Of a DNA stretch of 64,000 nucleotides, positions 12,701 through 25,496 are shown one piece after another (position 1 is the stretch's first letter; every line of letters begins with the position of its first letter). This DNA is from Anaeramoeba ignava BMAN (Eukaryota; Protista; Anaeramoebae). Under the pieces are notes generated by a model. The model searched no databases. It was not told the DNA's origin and saw only the letters and a program-made list of their open reading frames with translations. The position numbers and the translations under genes were made by a program. The stretch lies in the NCBI GenBank assembly GCA_028826165.1, contig JAPDFW010000021.1:11645-75644 (forward strand), in the 5' to 3' direction.

Positions 12701-15700
12701 TTGAATTATTTGAACCGTTCATTCAATTAATGAAAGAAAATAAAAACAACACAAAAATAATTGAAATATGTCTTGAAATTATTTATTTTATTGATATTTC
12801 TCTTAATGAAAATCAGGAAAGTAATCAAAATTTGGAAAAGAAAAAAGAATTAGAAATTGCTAAATTGAAAGATTTTTATCCTTTAATACACAATATATTG
12901 ATTAATAATATAAATCAAATTTCAAAAGAAATTGTGGATATTCTTTTCAAAATGATGATTTATGAAAAAAGAAGTGAGAAATCTAAATTTTCATTTATTC
13001 AAAACGCATTTATTTTAGAAACAATTTGTGAAATTTTTAATCGTTCTCCAAATTTATTTAATATCATGAATTTCAATCATCTATTCGTTTTAATAGCAGA
13101 AAATAATTTCAACAAAAAGAAAATTCTCTCACAATTTGGATGGCAAAAATGGTTAAATTCTTTAATAAATTTCAATTACTTTCATGAAAACGGAAATAAT
13201 GAAAATCAAATTGAAATTGAAAATCAAAATGAAAATCAAAAAGATATTAATGAAATTATTTTCAACATTTTCAAGTTAATGTTTATTTATTGCTTCCATA
13301 ATCAATCTTACAATTTCCCAGAAATATTTGAAAATTTTCTTTCATCTGTTTATTTAGTCCATTTTTCATCAACAGATAAAGAAACAATTCCTAAAATAAT
13401 TAAAAGAATAATAAATGATATTTTTAAGGATCTTAATCAAAATTCAAAACAAGAAATTGATAAGAAAAACACTAATCGATATTTATTTATATCAACTTCA
13501 ACAAATTCAAATATCTCAAAAGAAGATTTTTTCAAGAATTTATTTTATTTAGTCAAAGTATTAAATGGAATTGTTTTCAAATTACCAAAAAATGAATTTC
13601 AATTCCCAATTTCAGAAAAACAAATACAAGATTCATTCACTCAAACAACAATTTCAAATCATTTTACAAAAATTCTCAAAACTCCAAAATCAAATGAAAA
13701 TATCAATTTAAAAATGAAATGGATTTAAATAACATTTTAAAAACTAAATTTCATTTATTTGAAAAAACAGAACTTTTGAAAAATTTAATTCTTATTTTGG
13801 AAAATTTTGAATTTTTCAAAGAAAAAGAAATTCAAATCAAAAGAAGAGAAGAAACAAGAATAATTCACAAAATTATCATTTTCTTGATTTTTGTAACAAT
13901 TCCAAAATCAGATATTCAATTAACCGATTTTCTTCTTTCCAAATTAAATGAAATGATAAATCAATTAATAAATTTTAAATCATCTTCAATTCAAAACCCA
14001 CAAGAATTAATTACAATTTGTTTCTCTTTCTTATTTTCTTATATTCAAAATGAAAATGAAAACAAAAATGAAAATGAAAGAGAAGCGAAAAAGAAAATTT
14101 TATTAACATATTTACAAATTTTGATGCAAGAAAATTACAATTTCTTATTTGGATTATTTTCAAGTCAAAACAAAAAACATTCTTTACTTCCTCGAAAATC
14201 AAATAATTCATTTGTATTTTCATGTAAAAATATAGATGAATTTGAAGAAGAAATCATGAAAAAAAAATGGGAAAAGGCAGTAAAGATTGTTTTCTTTCCA
14301 ATAAATGAAAAAATTTGCAAAGATATTGAAGAAAATGAAAAAGAATTTGTTAGAATTCAATCAAACAATATATCTTATTTGAAAAAAATATTTAATCAAG
14401 AATATATTATCACAAAAAAAGAAATTTCAATCATTTCCAACAAACTTGAAAAACAAAAGCAAAATATCATTTCAAAAGAAAAGAAAAGAAAATTGAAAAC
14501 AGAAACTAATCAAAAGAAAGAATTATTCTCTTTACAAAAGTTCAACAAAATGATTAAAAATTTAATTTTAGAAAAATATCCTTTGAGTTCAAATTCAATA
14601 ATTATTTTAGATAAAGAATTTAAAAATGAACAACAAAATTATTATATTAAACTTTCAGAAATTGAAGATGAAATGAGAAGACAAAAGAAACTAAAATTTT
14701 ATTCTCAAAAAAATGAAAATGAAAATAAACAGAATTTGATAAAATTAAATCAAAAAATCAAAACTAAAATAAATGAAATTGAAGAAAAATTATCACAAAT
14801 ACAAAATGATGATAATAATTCATTTACAACAAAATGTGAAATAATTTCCAAAACCAAAATAACAAAAGGAATATTTGAAATTACAGAAAACTCAATTAAT
14901 TTTTTTAATTTTGATTTAAAGAAAGAAAAAGAAAAGAGTTATTCATGGAAAATTGAGAATATTGAACCAATACATAAAAGAAGATATCTTTTCAATCATT
15001 CAGCATTAGAAATATTTTTTGAAAATAGAAAATGTACATTTTTCAATTTTGAAACAATGGAAAAAAGAAATGAAATTTATGAAAAAATCCAAAATCATAA
15101 ATTAACAAGTATTTATCAATCAAAATATAATTATTCAGGAAATGAATCAACAAAATGGATTGAAAAAACACAAATAACAGAGCAGTGGCAAGAAAGAAAA
15201 ATATCTAATTTTGAATATATTATGTATTTAAACACAATATCAGGAAGATCATATCAAGATATATCACAATATCCAATTTTCCCATGGATTATTTCTGATT
15301 ATGAATCTGAAAAACTAGATCTTAATAATCCAGAAGTATTTAGAGACTTATCAAAACCCATTGGAATATTAAACAATAAAATTATTACTTATTCTGAAAA
15401 ATATCAAATAAAAGGAAAAGAACAAGAATTTGATTTCAATTATCAAACACTTTATTCAAATCCAGAAATTGTTTCATCTTATTTGATTAGATTAGAACCA
15501 TTTACTTCAATTTGTTTAGAAGAAAAATATCCAATATTCAAATCAATTCCGGAAACATGGAAAAAAATCAAAGAATCAAGTAATGATTTTAATACAGAAC
15601 TTATTCCAGAATTTTTCCATTTACCAGATTTTTTAAGAAAAAGAAAAATATTTTCAAATGAAAATGAAATTGAAAATCAAATTGAAAATGAAATTGAAAA

Positions 15701-17062
15701 TGTTGAACTTCCAAAATGGGCTAAAACACCAGAAGAATTTATTCAAATACATAAAGAAGCACTTGAATCAGAATACGTTTCAGAACATATTAATGAATGG
15801 ATTGATTTAATATTTGGATATAAACAAAAAGGAAAAGAAGCCAAAAAATCAATTAATTTATTTCATCCAAATTTATATGAAGAAAATATTGATTTTTCAA
15901 AATTTGAGAAAATGAAAAAATCAAAAAAGAAATTCAAAGAAAAGGACAAATTCCAATACAATTATTTACAAAAAAGCATCCAAAAAGATTTACAAAAAAA
16001 GAGATCCAACAAAGATCTTTTTCATCTCCTTTCCCATTATTTGAATGGGAAAATATCTTGTTATCAAATACAACTCTCAATTTTGTCAGAAAAAGATTTA
16101 CAATGAGTTCAAATCCAATTATATTTATCAATTATATAGAAATGATTGAATCTATAAAGATACTTGGGGATTTCGATAAAATTATCACATTTGATAAAGA
16201 AAGAAATATTGGAAAACATAAAATTTCTTTAGTTTATCCAATTTCAAATCAACCAAATTTTAATTTCCAAACTGAAGAAAAAATTGAAGAAAAAATTGGA
16301 GTTTCATTTGCAAAAGATTTTAATAATTTCCAAGAATGTTTAGCAATGGATAAAAATTCAAAATATATTGTTTGTTGTGGATTTTATGACAATACTTTCA
16401 AAATATTTGATATTGAAAATTTCAAAATGATTCAAAGTATTTCAAAACATCTAGATATTGTGAATTGTTCAAAAATGAATTGGAAATATATTGTTACAGG
16501 ATCACAAGATACAACAGTAATTGTTTGGGAAATTGATTTGAAAGAAGGGAAAGTGAAAGAAATTCCAAAACATATTTTTTTTGAACATGAAAAAGAAGTG
16601 AAAAGTGTTGCAATTTCAATTGAATATGATATTGTTTTAAGTGGATCTATTGATGGAAAATTAATATTTCATTCGTTAAACAAAGGAAAACTTATTCAAT
16701 CAATAATTTTATCAGATCAAAAACCAATTTCAATTATTAAAATAATTAAAGAAGGAAATATTATTACATTTTCAGAAAATTCTAATAAATTAAGATTATT
16801 TACAATTAATGGATATTTACTAAAAGAAGTTAAATGTTTACAAAATATTTATTCAATCTCAATTACAGAAGATTCAAATTTTATATTTTTAGGAGGAGAA
16901 AAAGGAATTCTTGAAATTAGGAAATTATTTAATTTAGAGCCAATTCAAAAAGTTGATTTAAAAGAAAAAATTTATTCAATTTCAATTATTGAAAAGGGTT
17001 TTTTAATTATTGGATTTGGAAATGGAGAATTAAATATTGGGAATTTTATTGAAAGAAATTGA
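6725..17062 (+). CDS. BTB/POZ - ARM-like - ConA-like - PH - BEACH - WD40 protein (~3,350 aa; neurobeachin/LYST/WDFY3 family)
   Basis: The exons join in frame across GT-AG introns 7361-7425, 7637-7722, 8080-8142 and 9219-9291. BTB motif: SDFKIYCG...CHKFILESRSKYF. ConA-like motifs: FSFFTWIRIE, FYGQMGTIYIF. BEACH motifs: SNFEYIMYLNTISGRSYQDISQYPIFPWII, ELIPEFF, WIDLIFGYKQKG, GQIPIQLF..HPKR. WD40 motif: IVTGSQDTTVIVW. Two apparent frameshifts lie in A-rich runs at ~13713 and ~15910-15940. Confidence 0.88.
11548..12087 (+). repeat. Coding (AATGAAAAT/AATCAAAAT)n tract encoding a ~180-aa N/E/Q low-complexity insert
   Basis: The tract is visible directly and is in frame within the 9307..13728 ORF. 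Confidence 0.95.
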
Positions 17063-17089
17063 AATTGAAAAATCTTTGATTTGTTTTGA

Positions 17090-20000
17090 TTAATTTTCTT
17101 TTTTATTTTCTTTTGATTTCCCTTTTAATTTTTGTTTTAATTGATCTGTTGATTGCTTTTGGAATTTGTTTGCTAATTCAATCATTTTTTTAACTTTTTC
17201 TTCTTTTAATTTCAATAATTTCTCTTTTTTTCTTTCAATTTTAATTGATTTGTTTCTAAAATCTTTCAAATTTTGATTTGCTGAAAGAGATAAAAGAAAT
17301 AAGAATTTTTTCCTCATTTTTTCCTTTTGAAATGGTTCATCAGTAATTGGATGATTTTCCAAAAACGAGATTGCCATTGAAAATTCTTTATCAGAAACAT
17401 TTGATTTCTGGGGAAGAATCGATTGAATCATTTTTCTTTGATGAGAAAGAAAATCCATCAAACAATTTGCAAAAACACGAAGAATTGGATTATTTGTTTC
17501 ATGGTCAATCAACATCATTGCAGCATAAGATTCATCAAATGATTTTTTGTCATCAAGTCTTAAAATTGAGGAAATAGAACCGCTACTTGTTCCGACAAAC
17601 TTCTTGACAGCTTCTGTTGCTGAAGAAAAAATTGACATGAAAAACTTGACAAAATCATAAACGGAAAAAACTGTTCTTTCAACCACTTTGTTGTCTCTGA
17701 TGCAGATTTTAGTCATTAATTTCTGCACAATAACCACAAATATAATCTGATATGCAATCGTAATCGCAATGAAAATGGCGACGTATTTGAGGATGTTATA
17801 CAATAAATTTTTTGAAGCAAACCAATAAATTGCTGGGATAATAAACAATATGATGAATGCAATCACCCAAACTACACAAAATGCAATTACTCCGACCCAC
17901 ACTTGCAGATTTGTATATGAAGTTACTTCGATTGGATCTACTTTACTGAATCCTGGGAAAGGCTTCTTTCCTTGTCTTAGCATCATGATTCTCTTCCGAT
18001 ACAAATTGAAAATTGATTTCCAAAGCAAAAGAAGAATAACAAATGCGGCCAATGCTGAAACACCTGAAATAACTGAGAATGCGTTGAGAATCTGATTTGC
18101 TCTTTCTCTTGAAAAGGAGTGAACAAAGCGTGAAAAAGAATTTTCAAGTGGGTTTTTATCAACTGAACACATTTCATCGATTTGTTGGATTAATTGAATT
18201 GCATAAATCGAAATTGATTCTGAATACAAACTCACAAGAGGCTTCCCAGTGAAGCAATTACTTTCTTGGATGTCTCCAATCACTTCCTGTCTCATTAATT
18301 GAAGAGTCAAACACGCGTTTTTGATGATTTTTGTTACAAGTAACACAATTAGTGCTACTAAAACAACCCAAAGCCAAAATGCTGCAAGTAATCTTTGTGG
18401 ATAATAGAAATCATAATATTCCTCATATTCTCTGTGTTCGTTTTTTTTGTTTGAAAATTTTGATTTGATTTTTTTCATCATTTCTTTTATCCATTTCCAA
18501 ATCCAACTCCAAAAAATTGAACATTTGTTTCTTTTTTTATTCTTTTCTTCATCTTTCTCATTTTCATCATCTTCTTCACTTTTTGGTTCTAGTTCTCTTT
18601 TAAATAATAGTGAATTGACAATTCTTTGAGTTTCGAAATTGTTTGTTGATTTTTTGAGTATAAAATTGATTTCTTTTTCTGACAATTCTGAAATTTTTTT
18701 ATTTTTCAAGTTTTCTTTGAATTGTTTTTTTTCAAGAGCTTTTTTTTCCTTTTCGTTTTCATTTTCTGAAACACTTTCCAATTCAATTTCTTGGTTTTGA
18801 TTTTCATTTTCATTTTCATTTTGATTTTGATTTTCATTTTGATTTTCATTTTCATTTTGATTTTCAATAAAATCATCTAAATCAAGATTTTCCAAATCAC
18901 TTGATTCTGAATCAGAAAATTTTTTCACTAATTTTCTTTCAATTTCCAAAAATTTCAAAGATTTCTTGGCTCCAATAGGAAGTATTTTTTTGAGTAAATT
19001 CCAATAACCAGACATTCTTTCATGAGCAAAAAAATGTTTTTCGATCCAAATTTTAAATTTAGGGATTATTCTTGCCAAAATAATCAACAATAAAATCAAA
19101 AGAGCCAAAGAAGAAATAATTGCTTCAAAAACCGACAAAGCAACAAATTGTCTTGATTCTGATCTTTCAGGATTTGCGATCAATTTAGGAAGAAAAGCAA
19201 TTAAAACAGCCATCAAGCCAACAACAATAACAAAAGTGAGGATATTGTGATTTTTGGGAGAATTGAGGAAGAAAGGAAGAACAAGACTAAAACTAACAAC
19301 CCAGAAAATAACAGATTGCTTGAGAGAATCAAGTGCTTTTGTGAATACAAACTTGTCAGGTGAAGAAATCAAGACTGTTTGAAAATCTGACTGAATTCCC
19401 AAAACAGAAAAGGCAATTTGAGCCTTTACTTTTCCTTCTTCATCCAAACACGAAGGAATATTTGAAGAAGAGTCAAATCGGATATTTTGCAAATTTCGAA
19501 TACCGCCAATATCTGTGAATAAATCATCTCCTGAAGCTGAAGCATTTGAGCATTCTGTGATAATCTCAATGGGAAAGGAAATGTTTTTGTGAATTTCTAA
19601 AGTGAAATCAACAGTAATAACTGCAGAGAATTTTTCTCCGATATTCAATTCACTTGGAATGTTTTGCAAATCAGCCTTTACACTTATCACTGGGTTTTCC
19701 ACATAAAAAGAGTCTGATGAGGTATGGATATCGTTGTAAATAAACTGTATTGTGTAGTTTTCGTTTGTCCCTGAATCCATTCTGAGATTGAATACTGCAA
19801 TTCCATTTTCATCAGTTGTTGCTATTGAATTTTTTGGATCGAGTCTTGCGTTGATTGAATTTTGAGACACGATAGCTGCTGTGATGATTTTACCGGGAAC
19901 AGGATACGAAAAGGAAAACAGTTGCACAATACTTGATCCCATATATGCCTTTTTATTAACCATTACTTGGTCTGAAAAAGGAAACGGGAATCCCACTTGG

Positions 20001-23000
20001 CATCCTGATGCTGGTGAACTTAATACAAATAAGTGAGTAGGATCTCTGATTATTTTGATTGATTCTTCGTATTTTTCTCCGTCACATTCAAACTTGATTC
20101 TTATTGTTTCCCACTCTTGTTTTCCAATTGCAACTACGGAAGAGAATGTTGCGATTCCGTTTTCATTTGTTTTTTCAAAACCCATTCCTTCCCACTCTTC
20201 ACTTGATTGGTTATAAACCCAGAAAGTGACATATTTATTCTCAAGAGGAATATTTGTTGATTTTTCTGAAATGAGAACTTTTGGAGATTTCGGGAATTTT
20301 TGGTCTAGCAAAATTTGATAAGGAAGATCGAAAATTTCCAATTTTACATTTTGTTTTGAGATATTAAAGAAAACTCTCTCGTAATCCGAACCAAATCCAC
20401 AATTCTGTACTAAAAAATCCAAAGAAGCATATCCGTCTTTTTTGGCATAGAGTAGTGATAAATCCCAAGTGACTTCTCCATTTTCATCTGAAGGAGCAAT
20501 GCTTTGAACGAAATTGTCATATTGTTCGGAATTAAAATCAATAGGATAAGTCTGGTTGTTATCATTTCCTCCATTTTCATCTATTTGAATGTAACCATAT
20601 AAACCTTGAATTGGATCTCCTGTTGTTGAGTCATTGATTTGGAGTTTTGGTTGATATGTCATTTTTTGATAACCTGAAATAAAAGGCAATGTTGTGTTCC
20701 AAGTCACAGTTAAAGTTATTAACTGAGATGGACTACAAATACTCACCATTACTTTAGAATTTGCAGGAACTCCATTAATAAAAACCATTAGATCAAAAGG
20801 AATATAATCCCCATCTTCATTCTTTGATTGTTTATTGATCACAAAATTTTCAAGAATAAGTTCATCTATTATCAAAATCAATTTTTTTTTTAAATTTTTT
20901 TTAAATTTTATGAAAATTATTAGATATAGTTTATAGTCTCTAACCTTGTTCTGTGATGTTTTCTTTTCCTTGATATAAATTTTGAGTTAAATTTTTGGTT
21001 ATAAAACTTGAATTTTTGCCAAAAATAGTTCCATAGTAATCATTTGTATTAAACCCAAGAACATGAACAGTCATATTAGAATAACTTTGGTGAATATTTT
21101 CTGGGAAAAGCTTGACTTTAATAGATTCATTACCAAAACTAACACCTGGAAGCAAATAATTATCACTATCTGGAGAATAGATAATTTCCACTTTTTCAAT
21201 AGCATTTAACAAGTTGATTTCAAAGCATTCCATCCAATTCCAATAGGTCATATCAGGAATATAACCTTGAGAAACAGAGAAGCAAACTTTACTTCTCATT
21301 GCAATTCCATATATTGTTGTTGAAATGGTTGCTGTTCCGTTTGTGACTTCCCAATATCCTTGTTGAGGAGAAATGGCAAAACCCATTGGAAGATCACAAG
21401 GATCAACAAATATTGTCAAGTTAAAGGTCTCGTTATCCATTGTTATTCCGTTGAAATCTTGGATAAGCAAATTCCAATGTAATTCTACTCCAGATTCAAT
21501 ATTTTCATCCCAATTTGATATGTTGATTCTGGAAACAACTCTTGGATCGAAATCCTCAAAGAAATAAATTGTCACGTTAATTGGATCCGATTGAATATCA
21601 TCGACATCTACAAAGCATGTTTGATTTGAGCCATTTACACTTGGGCCAACACAAGCCCAATCCAAACATAAAAACGCAAATCCATTTTCATCAGTTGTGA
21701 ATTGATGAGGATCAAATGTGAAGTTGTCGCAAATAAAAGTGATTAATTTGTCTGCAATTCCTTTTCTTGTTTCATCTTGGACTTGTATAATTGACCATTT
21801 ATCACTTTCAAGTTGGAAATCACTTGATATTTTGATTTCCTGAATTTTTTCAATCCAAATGATTTCCTTCACTGATGGAACAACTTGAATATCATTAGTT
21901 TCAACAACAAAATCATCGCAAACAAATTTGATTTTAAAAAAGCAATCATTTTTTGTTAATCCTTCAACTGAGAATTTTAAGTTTGAGAAATTCGCTCTAT
22001 TTAAAAGGATGAGTAAATTAATAAATAAAAATAATAATAATAATAAATTTATTATTATTATTATTATTATTTTCTAAAATGTTACATTCCATTTTCATCT
22101 GTCATAACAATCGTATTCAAAAGGTATTTTGAATTTGGAATTGGTTCTTGATTTTCAGAAACTGAATAATTGCATTGTTTGGAAATTTTTGCCACAACTG
22201 GTTTGTTTGCAATTCCGTTTGCAGTAGCATCTTTTACAGAAATTATCCATGGTTCTGCAAATTTTTCTCCTTCTTTAACACTTAAAGATCCATTTTGTTG
22301 AATTAGAACCATAGAAACTGAATATAAATCAAAAATCAAAAAAAAAAAAATTAATTCAATCAATTAATCATTTCTTTTTCTTAAATTCAAATTCAAATTA
22401 AAAAACCATTTGTTTGGAATGAGAGAATAAAATAACCAGGAATTTCAACATAAATAATTTCATCATAAGTTGAAACTTGTATTCCTTCTGCAAAAGCTGT
22501 AAATCTCATTTTTGTTTTTGTTGAACCAAGAAAAGTATAATTGATATTAGACTCAAGATTAAGATCTTCATTTATAGAAACAATCTCTATCCAACCTTTT
22601 AAATTTTGAATTTTGAAATTTTGAATTAAATTTTAAGTTTTGAATTTTAAATTGAATCAAATAAATTCTTGTTACAATAAGATTCATATTCAGGTATATC
22701 CCATGAACGAAAACCTGAAACTAAAGATACTCTAACATTACTCAAATCTGTATAATTTTCAGAACCAATTCCAAAGCTATATCTCAAAAGAATTACATCT
22801 CCATAATTTACAAGTTGATTGTGAATTGAATCATTATTTTGAAGCCATAAATTATTAACTAAAAAGTGGAACAAAAGTGAGAAGAAAAAAAAAATTTTTT
22901 TTTCCTTTTTCTTTTTAAAACAAAAATAAAAATAAAAATAAAAATAAAAAAATACTTTGAGTTTTCAAAGAAAGAGGAAAAGAAATTTGAGAAATTTCTG

Positions 23001-24916
23001 AATTGATATTGTTAAAAAGAGTAGCAGCTAAAATAGGAAAAAAATTAAATTTAAAAAATTTTTTTGAATTGAATTAAATATTAAAATTGATTATTGAATA
23101 TTGAATATTGAATATTGAATATTGAATATTAAATATTGAATTTTGAATTGAATTAAATATTGAATTTTGAATTGAATTAAATATTAAATATTGAATTAAA
23201 TTGAATTAAATATTGAATTAAATATTGAATTAAATTGAATTAAATTGAATTAAATTGAATTGAATTAAATTGAATTGAATTGAATATTAAATATTGAATT
23301 GAATTGAATATTAAATTGAATTGAATTGAATTAAATTGAATTGAATTGAATTGAATTAAATTAAATATTGAATTGAATATTAAATATTAAATATTGAATT
23401 GAATTAAATTAAATATTGAATTAAATATTGAATTAAATATTGAATTAAATTGAATTAAATTGAATTGAATTGAATATTAAATATTGAATTGAATTGAATA
23501 TTAAATATTGAATTGAATTGAATTAAATTGAATATTGAATATTAAATATTGAATTGAATTAAATATTGAATTGAATATTAAATATTGAATTGAATTGAAT
23601 ATTAAATATTGAATTGAATTGAATTGAATATTAAATTGAATTAAATATTGAATTGAATTGAATTGAATTGAATTGAATTGAATGGAATTGAATTGAATTG
23701 AATTAAATTGAATATTGAATTAAATATTAAATATTGAATTGAATTGAATTGAATTGAATATTGAATATTGAATATTAAATATTGAATTTTGAATTGAATT
23801 AAATATTGAATTTTGAATTGAATTGAATTGAATTAAATATTGAATTAAATATTGAATTGAATTAAATTGAATTGAATTAAATATTGAATATTGAATTAAA
23901 TATTGAATTGAATTGAATTGAATTGAATTGAATTGAATTGAATTGAATATTAAATATTGAATTGAATTGAATATTAAATATTGAATTGAATTGAATTAAA
24001 TATTGAATATTGAATTAAATATTGAATTGAATTGAATTAAATATTGAATTGAATTAAATATTGAATTGAATATTGAATATTGAATTGAATTGAATTGAAT
24101 TGAATTAAATATTGAATTAAATATTGAATTGAATTGAATTGAATTGAAAATGTTTTTGAATTAAATTGAATTACAAGGCCCAGAATTATTAAGTTCACTT
24201 TTAAATTCACATTGAGAAAAAAATGTCAATCTAACTGTTTCACTTGAACCTGAAAGAACAGAAATTTGAGAAAATGTTGCTATTCCATCATTATTTGTAT
24301 ATTGGGTTGTATCTCCTGATAATTCAATTCCTGTTTTTAATTTATCTCTCATTTGTAAAAGTGTTAAATCTGTTCCTTCTTCATTTTCTGGTATATCTAA
24401 AGTAGTAGCATTTACAATTACTTTACAATTTGTAATTCCATCTGATTTAAATTTTTTAGAAACTCTCAACTACAATTTTTAAATTAATTTTTATTCGTAA
24501 TTTTTAAATTAATTTTTATTCTTAATTTTAATTAATTTTTATTCTTAATTTTATTGTTACTTTTGCATTAAATGGTTGATGATAATAAACTTCAGTTTCA
24601 TTTGGGAATTGATAAAAACCTAAACTAAAAATTATAAAAAAAAATTTTTTTTAATTAAAAAGGGGAATTAAAACTTAATCAAAAAAAAAACAATAAACAA
24701 ACAATTTACTTACTTTAAACCAATTTTATCTTCATTTATTTCTGTTCCTTCAAGTAAATATCTAATAGCAACTCCAAATGTAAAAATAAAAAAAGTTGAA
24801 AGCATAAAAATTGTTAAAGACCGCCAAATAACATCATCTCCAACAAAATCAATAAATCTTGGCTTTCCAATCCATTTAAAAATTTTTTTAAATAAATTTG
24901 AACAAAATTTTTTCAT
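17090..24916 (-). CDS. STRA6/RBP-receptor-like multi-pass membrane protein with N-terminal signal anchor and large Ig-like repeat ectodomain, paralog 1 (~2,000 aa, ~9 exons)
   Basis: ATG at 24916. Canonical introns at about 24713-24625, 24561-24470, 24174-23028, 22955-22859, 22674-22597, 22438-22318, 22085-21997 and 20944-20866. C-terminal motifs FYYPQRLLAAFW, LYRKRIMMLRQGK, YTNLQVW, ERTVFSVYDFVKFF, DESYAAMMLIDHETNNPILRVF and KKFLFLLSLSANQNLKDFR match the order of STRA6/STRA6L motifs. The ectodomain has repeated T(D/N)xNGxAxF motifs. Confidence 0.8.
23066..24150. repeat. Intronic (ATTGA/ATTAA/ATATTGA)n pentamer-based satellite, ~1.1 kb
   Basis: Visible directly inside intron 3 of paralog 1. 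The homologous intron in paralogs 2 and 3 is only ~130-150 bp. Confidence 0.92.
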
Positions 24917-24999
24917 TTTAATTTTGTTTAAAAAAAGAAAGGAGAGGAAAAATGAAATTTCGAATTTTTTTGAATTTTTATTTTCTTTCTTTTTCTTTT

Positions 25000-25490
25000 T
25001 TTAATTTTGATTTTGATTTTGATTTAGATTTAATTTGATTTTGATTTTGATTTTGATTTTGATTTAATTTGATTTGATTTTGATTTTGATTTTAATTTTT
25101 GATTTAATTTGATTTTAATTTAATTTAATTTAATTTAATTTAATTTGATTTTGATTTTGATTTAATTTGATTTAATTTTGATTTTGATTTTGGTTCTGAT
25201 TTAGATTTAATTTAATTTGATTTTGATTTGATTTTGATTTGATTTTGATTTTGGTTTTGGTTTTGGTTTTGATTTTGATTTAATTTTTGATTTAATTTGA
25301 TTTTAATTTAATTTAATTTAATTTAATTTGATTTAATTTGATTTTGATTTTGATTTTGATTTTAATTTAATTTAATTTGATTTTGATTTTGATTTTGATT
25401 TTGATTTAATTTGATTTTGGTTTTGATTTTGGTTTTGATTTTGATTTTGATTTTGATTTAATTTAGTTTGATTTAATTTAATTTAATTTT
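25000..25490. repeat. Intergenic (TTTTGA/ATTTA)n microsatellite
   Basis: Visible directly between the paralog 2 stop and the paralog 1 ATG. Confidence 0.9.
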
Positions 25491-25496
25491 CTTTGT

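Noticed and set aside
13700-16060. Programmed frameshifting or separate genes in the BEACH locus
   Set aside because: The breaks fall in A-rich homopolymer runs and domain order continues across them. Similar indels occur in actin and paralog 2, so sequencing error is the simplest explanation.
23066-24150. Telomeric or interstitial telomere repeat (also (GGAAAT)n at 62170-62240 and the (TTTTAA)n tracts)
   Set aside because: The units are irregular, lack a G-rich TTAGGG-type strand, and sit inside introns or UTRs like the other microsatellites.
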